DNA of 64,000 nt from a virus (lineage: Duplodnaviria > Caudoviricetes), in IMG/VR virus record IMGVR_UViG_3300028586_000003, positions 738-64,737 of that record. One strand, written 5' to 3'. The position numbers were made by a program, and so were the translations under genes. The notes beneath the pieces were generated by a model. The model saw only the letters and a program-made list of their open reading frames with translations, was not told where the DNA came from and did not search any database. Positions 62,704 to 64,000 of the stretch are shown in pieces (the first letter of the stretch is position 1; the number at the start of each line of letters is the position of its first letter).

Positions 62704-64000
62704 GCGGTTACGAAGAGCATAACGAACAGGGCCCGCCGGATCTCCTGACCAACATCGACGCGGAGGCCGCGCTGCTCGGCGCGATGCTCACCGACAATCG
62801 GATCATCGTCGAGTGGGCTGACCGCCTGCGCGCGGACGACTTCGCCGAACCGCTGCACTCTCGCATCTACAACGCTCTGCTCCGCTTCAGCGCGAAGGGA
62901 ATGCGCGCGACCGCGATCGCGATGAAGCCGATATTCCAGTTGGATGAGGATGCCGGATACGGATCCTACCTCGACCGGCTGGTGGAATCGCCTGCCGTCG
63001 TGGTGGGCGCGTCGGAATATGCGGGGCAGGTGATCGACCTCTCCGACCGTCGCGTTACGCGCGCGGCCATCCAGGCGGCGGCCGATGAGATCCTAAATGA
63101 TCTCGACATCCCGATCATGGAGATCACGGGGCGCGTCGAGGCCGCCGGGTGGGCGGTCAGCACACGCGCTACGGTCAAGCCTGTGCGGACGCTGTCCGAG
63201 ATGATCGGCTTGACCGACGATCGCATTACCCGGATCCAGGACGAAGGCGAGATCATTGGGATGTCGAACCGGCTGGTTCCGGATCTCGACAAGATCCTCG
63301 GTCCGCTGGAGACCGGGTATCACCTGCTCGCCGGTCGTCCTGGTATGGGCAAGACGACCCTCGCGATGTCCGCGGCGATGGGATACTCGCTGAACGGCAA
63401 CCCGGGGATCTACTGCTCCGCCGAGATGACCGATGAGCAGTTGTCCATGCGTGCGACGACCGATCTCGCGTTCGCCCACGGGCACAAGGTCAAGCACGAG
63501 GATCTCCGCACCGGCAAACTGACGCCGGGTGAGCGCGCGGTCGTGCGCAACATGATGGAGAAGGCCAAGCTGATCCCGATCGACTTCGTGGACCTGCGCG
63601 GCGCCAACATTCGCCGGGTGTGGAGCGAGGTCGCGCGGCGCAAAGCGTACTATGCCGCGATGGGCAAGACGCTGAAGTTCGCGGTCATCGATTCGCTCGC
63701 TCTCTACTCGGCTGACATCGACGGCCGGATGATCGAGGACGACCGCAAGCGGATCAACTTCATCTCGACGTTCGTGAACACGATGGCGCACACGCTCGAC
63801 ATTGCAGTGATCGCCCTCAACCAGCTATCTCGCGGCGTCGAATCGCGCCCGAACAAGCGCCCGCTCCTCTCCGACTTGAAGGAGTCCGGGAACCTGGAGC
63901 AGGATGCCGACTCGGTCACGTTCATCTACCGGGACGAATACTACCTGGAGCAATCCGAACCGAAGAAGGGAGACAAGGATGCGAAGGGCGCCGACCTGCA
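62700..64000 (+). CDS. dnaB: Replicative DNA helicase (3' truncated)
   Basis: AEAALLGAML, AGRPGMGKT, QLSRGVESRPNKRPLLSDLKESGNLEQDAD. Confidence 0.95.
   Translation, partial: MSGYEEHNEQGPPDLLTNIDAEAALLGAMLTDNRIIVEWADRLRADDFAEPLHSRIYNALLRFSAKGMRATAIAMKPIFQLDEDAGYGSYLDRLVESPAVVVGASEYAGQVIDLSDRRVTRAAIQAAADEILNDLDIPIMEITGRVEAAGWAVSTRATVKPVRTLSEMIGLTDDRITRIQDEGEIIGMSNRLVPDLDKILGPLETGYHLLAGRPGMGKTTLAMSAAMGYSLNGNPGIYCSAEMTDEQLSMRATTDLAFAHGHKVKHEDLRTGKLTPGERAVVRNMMEKAKLIPIDFVDLRGANIRRVWSEVARRKAYYAAMGKTLKFAVIDSLALYSADIDGRMIEDDRKRINFISTFVNTMAHTLDIAVIALNQLSRGVESRPNKRPLLSDLKESGNLEQDADSVTFIYRDEYYLEQSEPKKGDKDAKGADL

Noticed and set aside
1-64000. CRISPR array, reverse transcriptase/DGR/retron, IS element, rRNA, integrase/att
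   Set aside because: No spacer-repeat array, YxDD RT motif, transposase or recombinase motifs found by eye; computational confirmation still advisable

Overview
Near-complete genome of a high-GC lambda-like siphophage of an alphaproteobacterium; GcrA-, GapR- and MucR-like genes point to that class, and Sphingomonadaceae is a guess. The window opens inside an HTH replication initiator and ends inside a DnaB helicase, so it looks like a circular genome of a little over 64 kb missing a few hundred bases. The + strand (1-34256) carries replication, the gpA terminase, portal, S49 protease, scaffold, gpD, gpE, a long non-contractile tail (-1 frameshifted chaperone, 1717-aa tape measure), a beta-helix tailspike and a lysis cassette. 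The - strand (34409-60122) carries accessory and early genes: ligase, SNF2, C5 MTase, MucR, DnaG, ASCH, HU and RecT. A final + strand block (60248-64000) holds Cro-like, GapR-like, RuvC-like, GcrA-like, MT-A70 and DnaB genes. No integrase, CI repressor or DNA polymerase is visible. The strongest non-annotated signals are RNA and DNA elements: (1) three covarying type II hammerhead ribozymes, each abutting a stop codon and dividing a compositionally distinct early operon; (2) a tRNA mimic with intact acceptor, D and T arms but no anticodon, upstream of the tape measure gene; (3) a candidate lambda-type cos site about 20 kb from the terminase genes, next to the ribozyme operon; (4) an acyl-carrier-protein look-alike lacking the phosphopantetheine serine. 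All calls come from manual reading with no database searches; start codons are best guesses.
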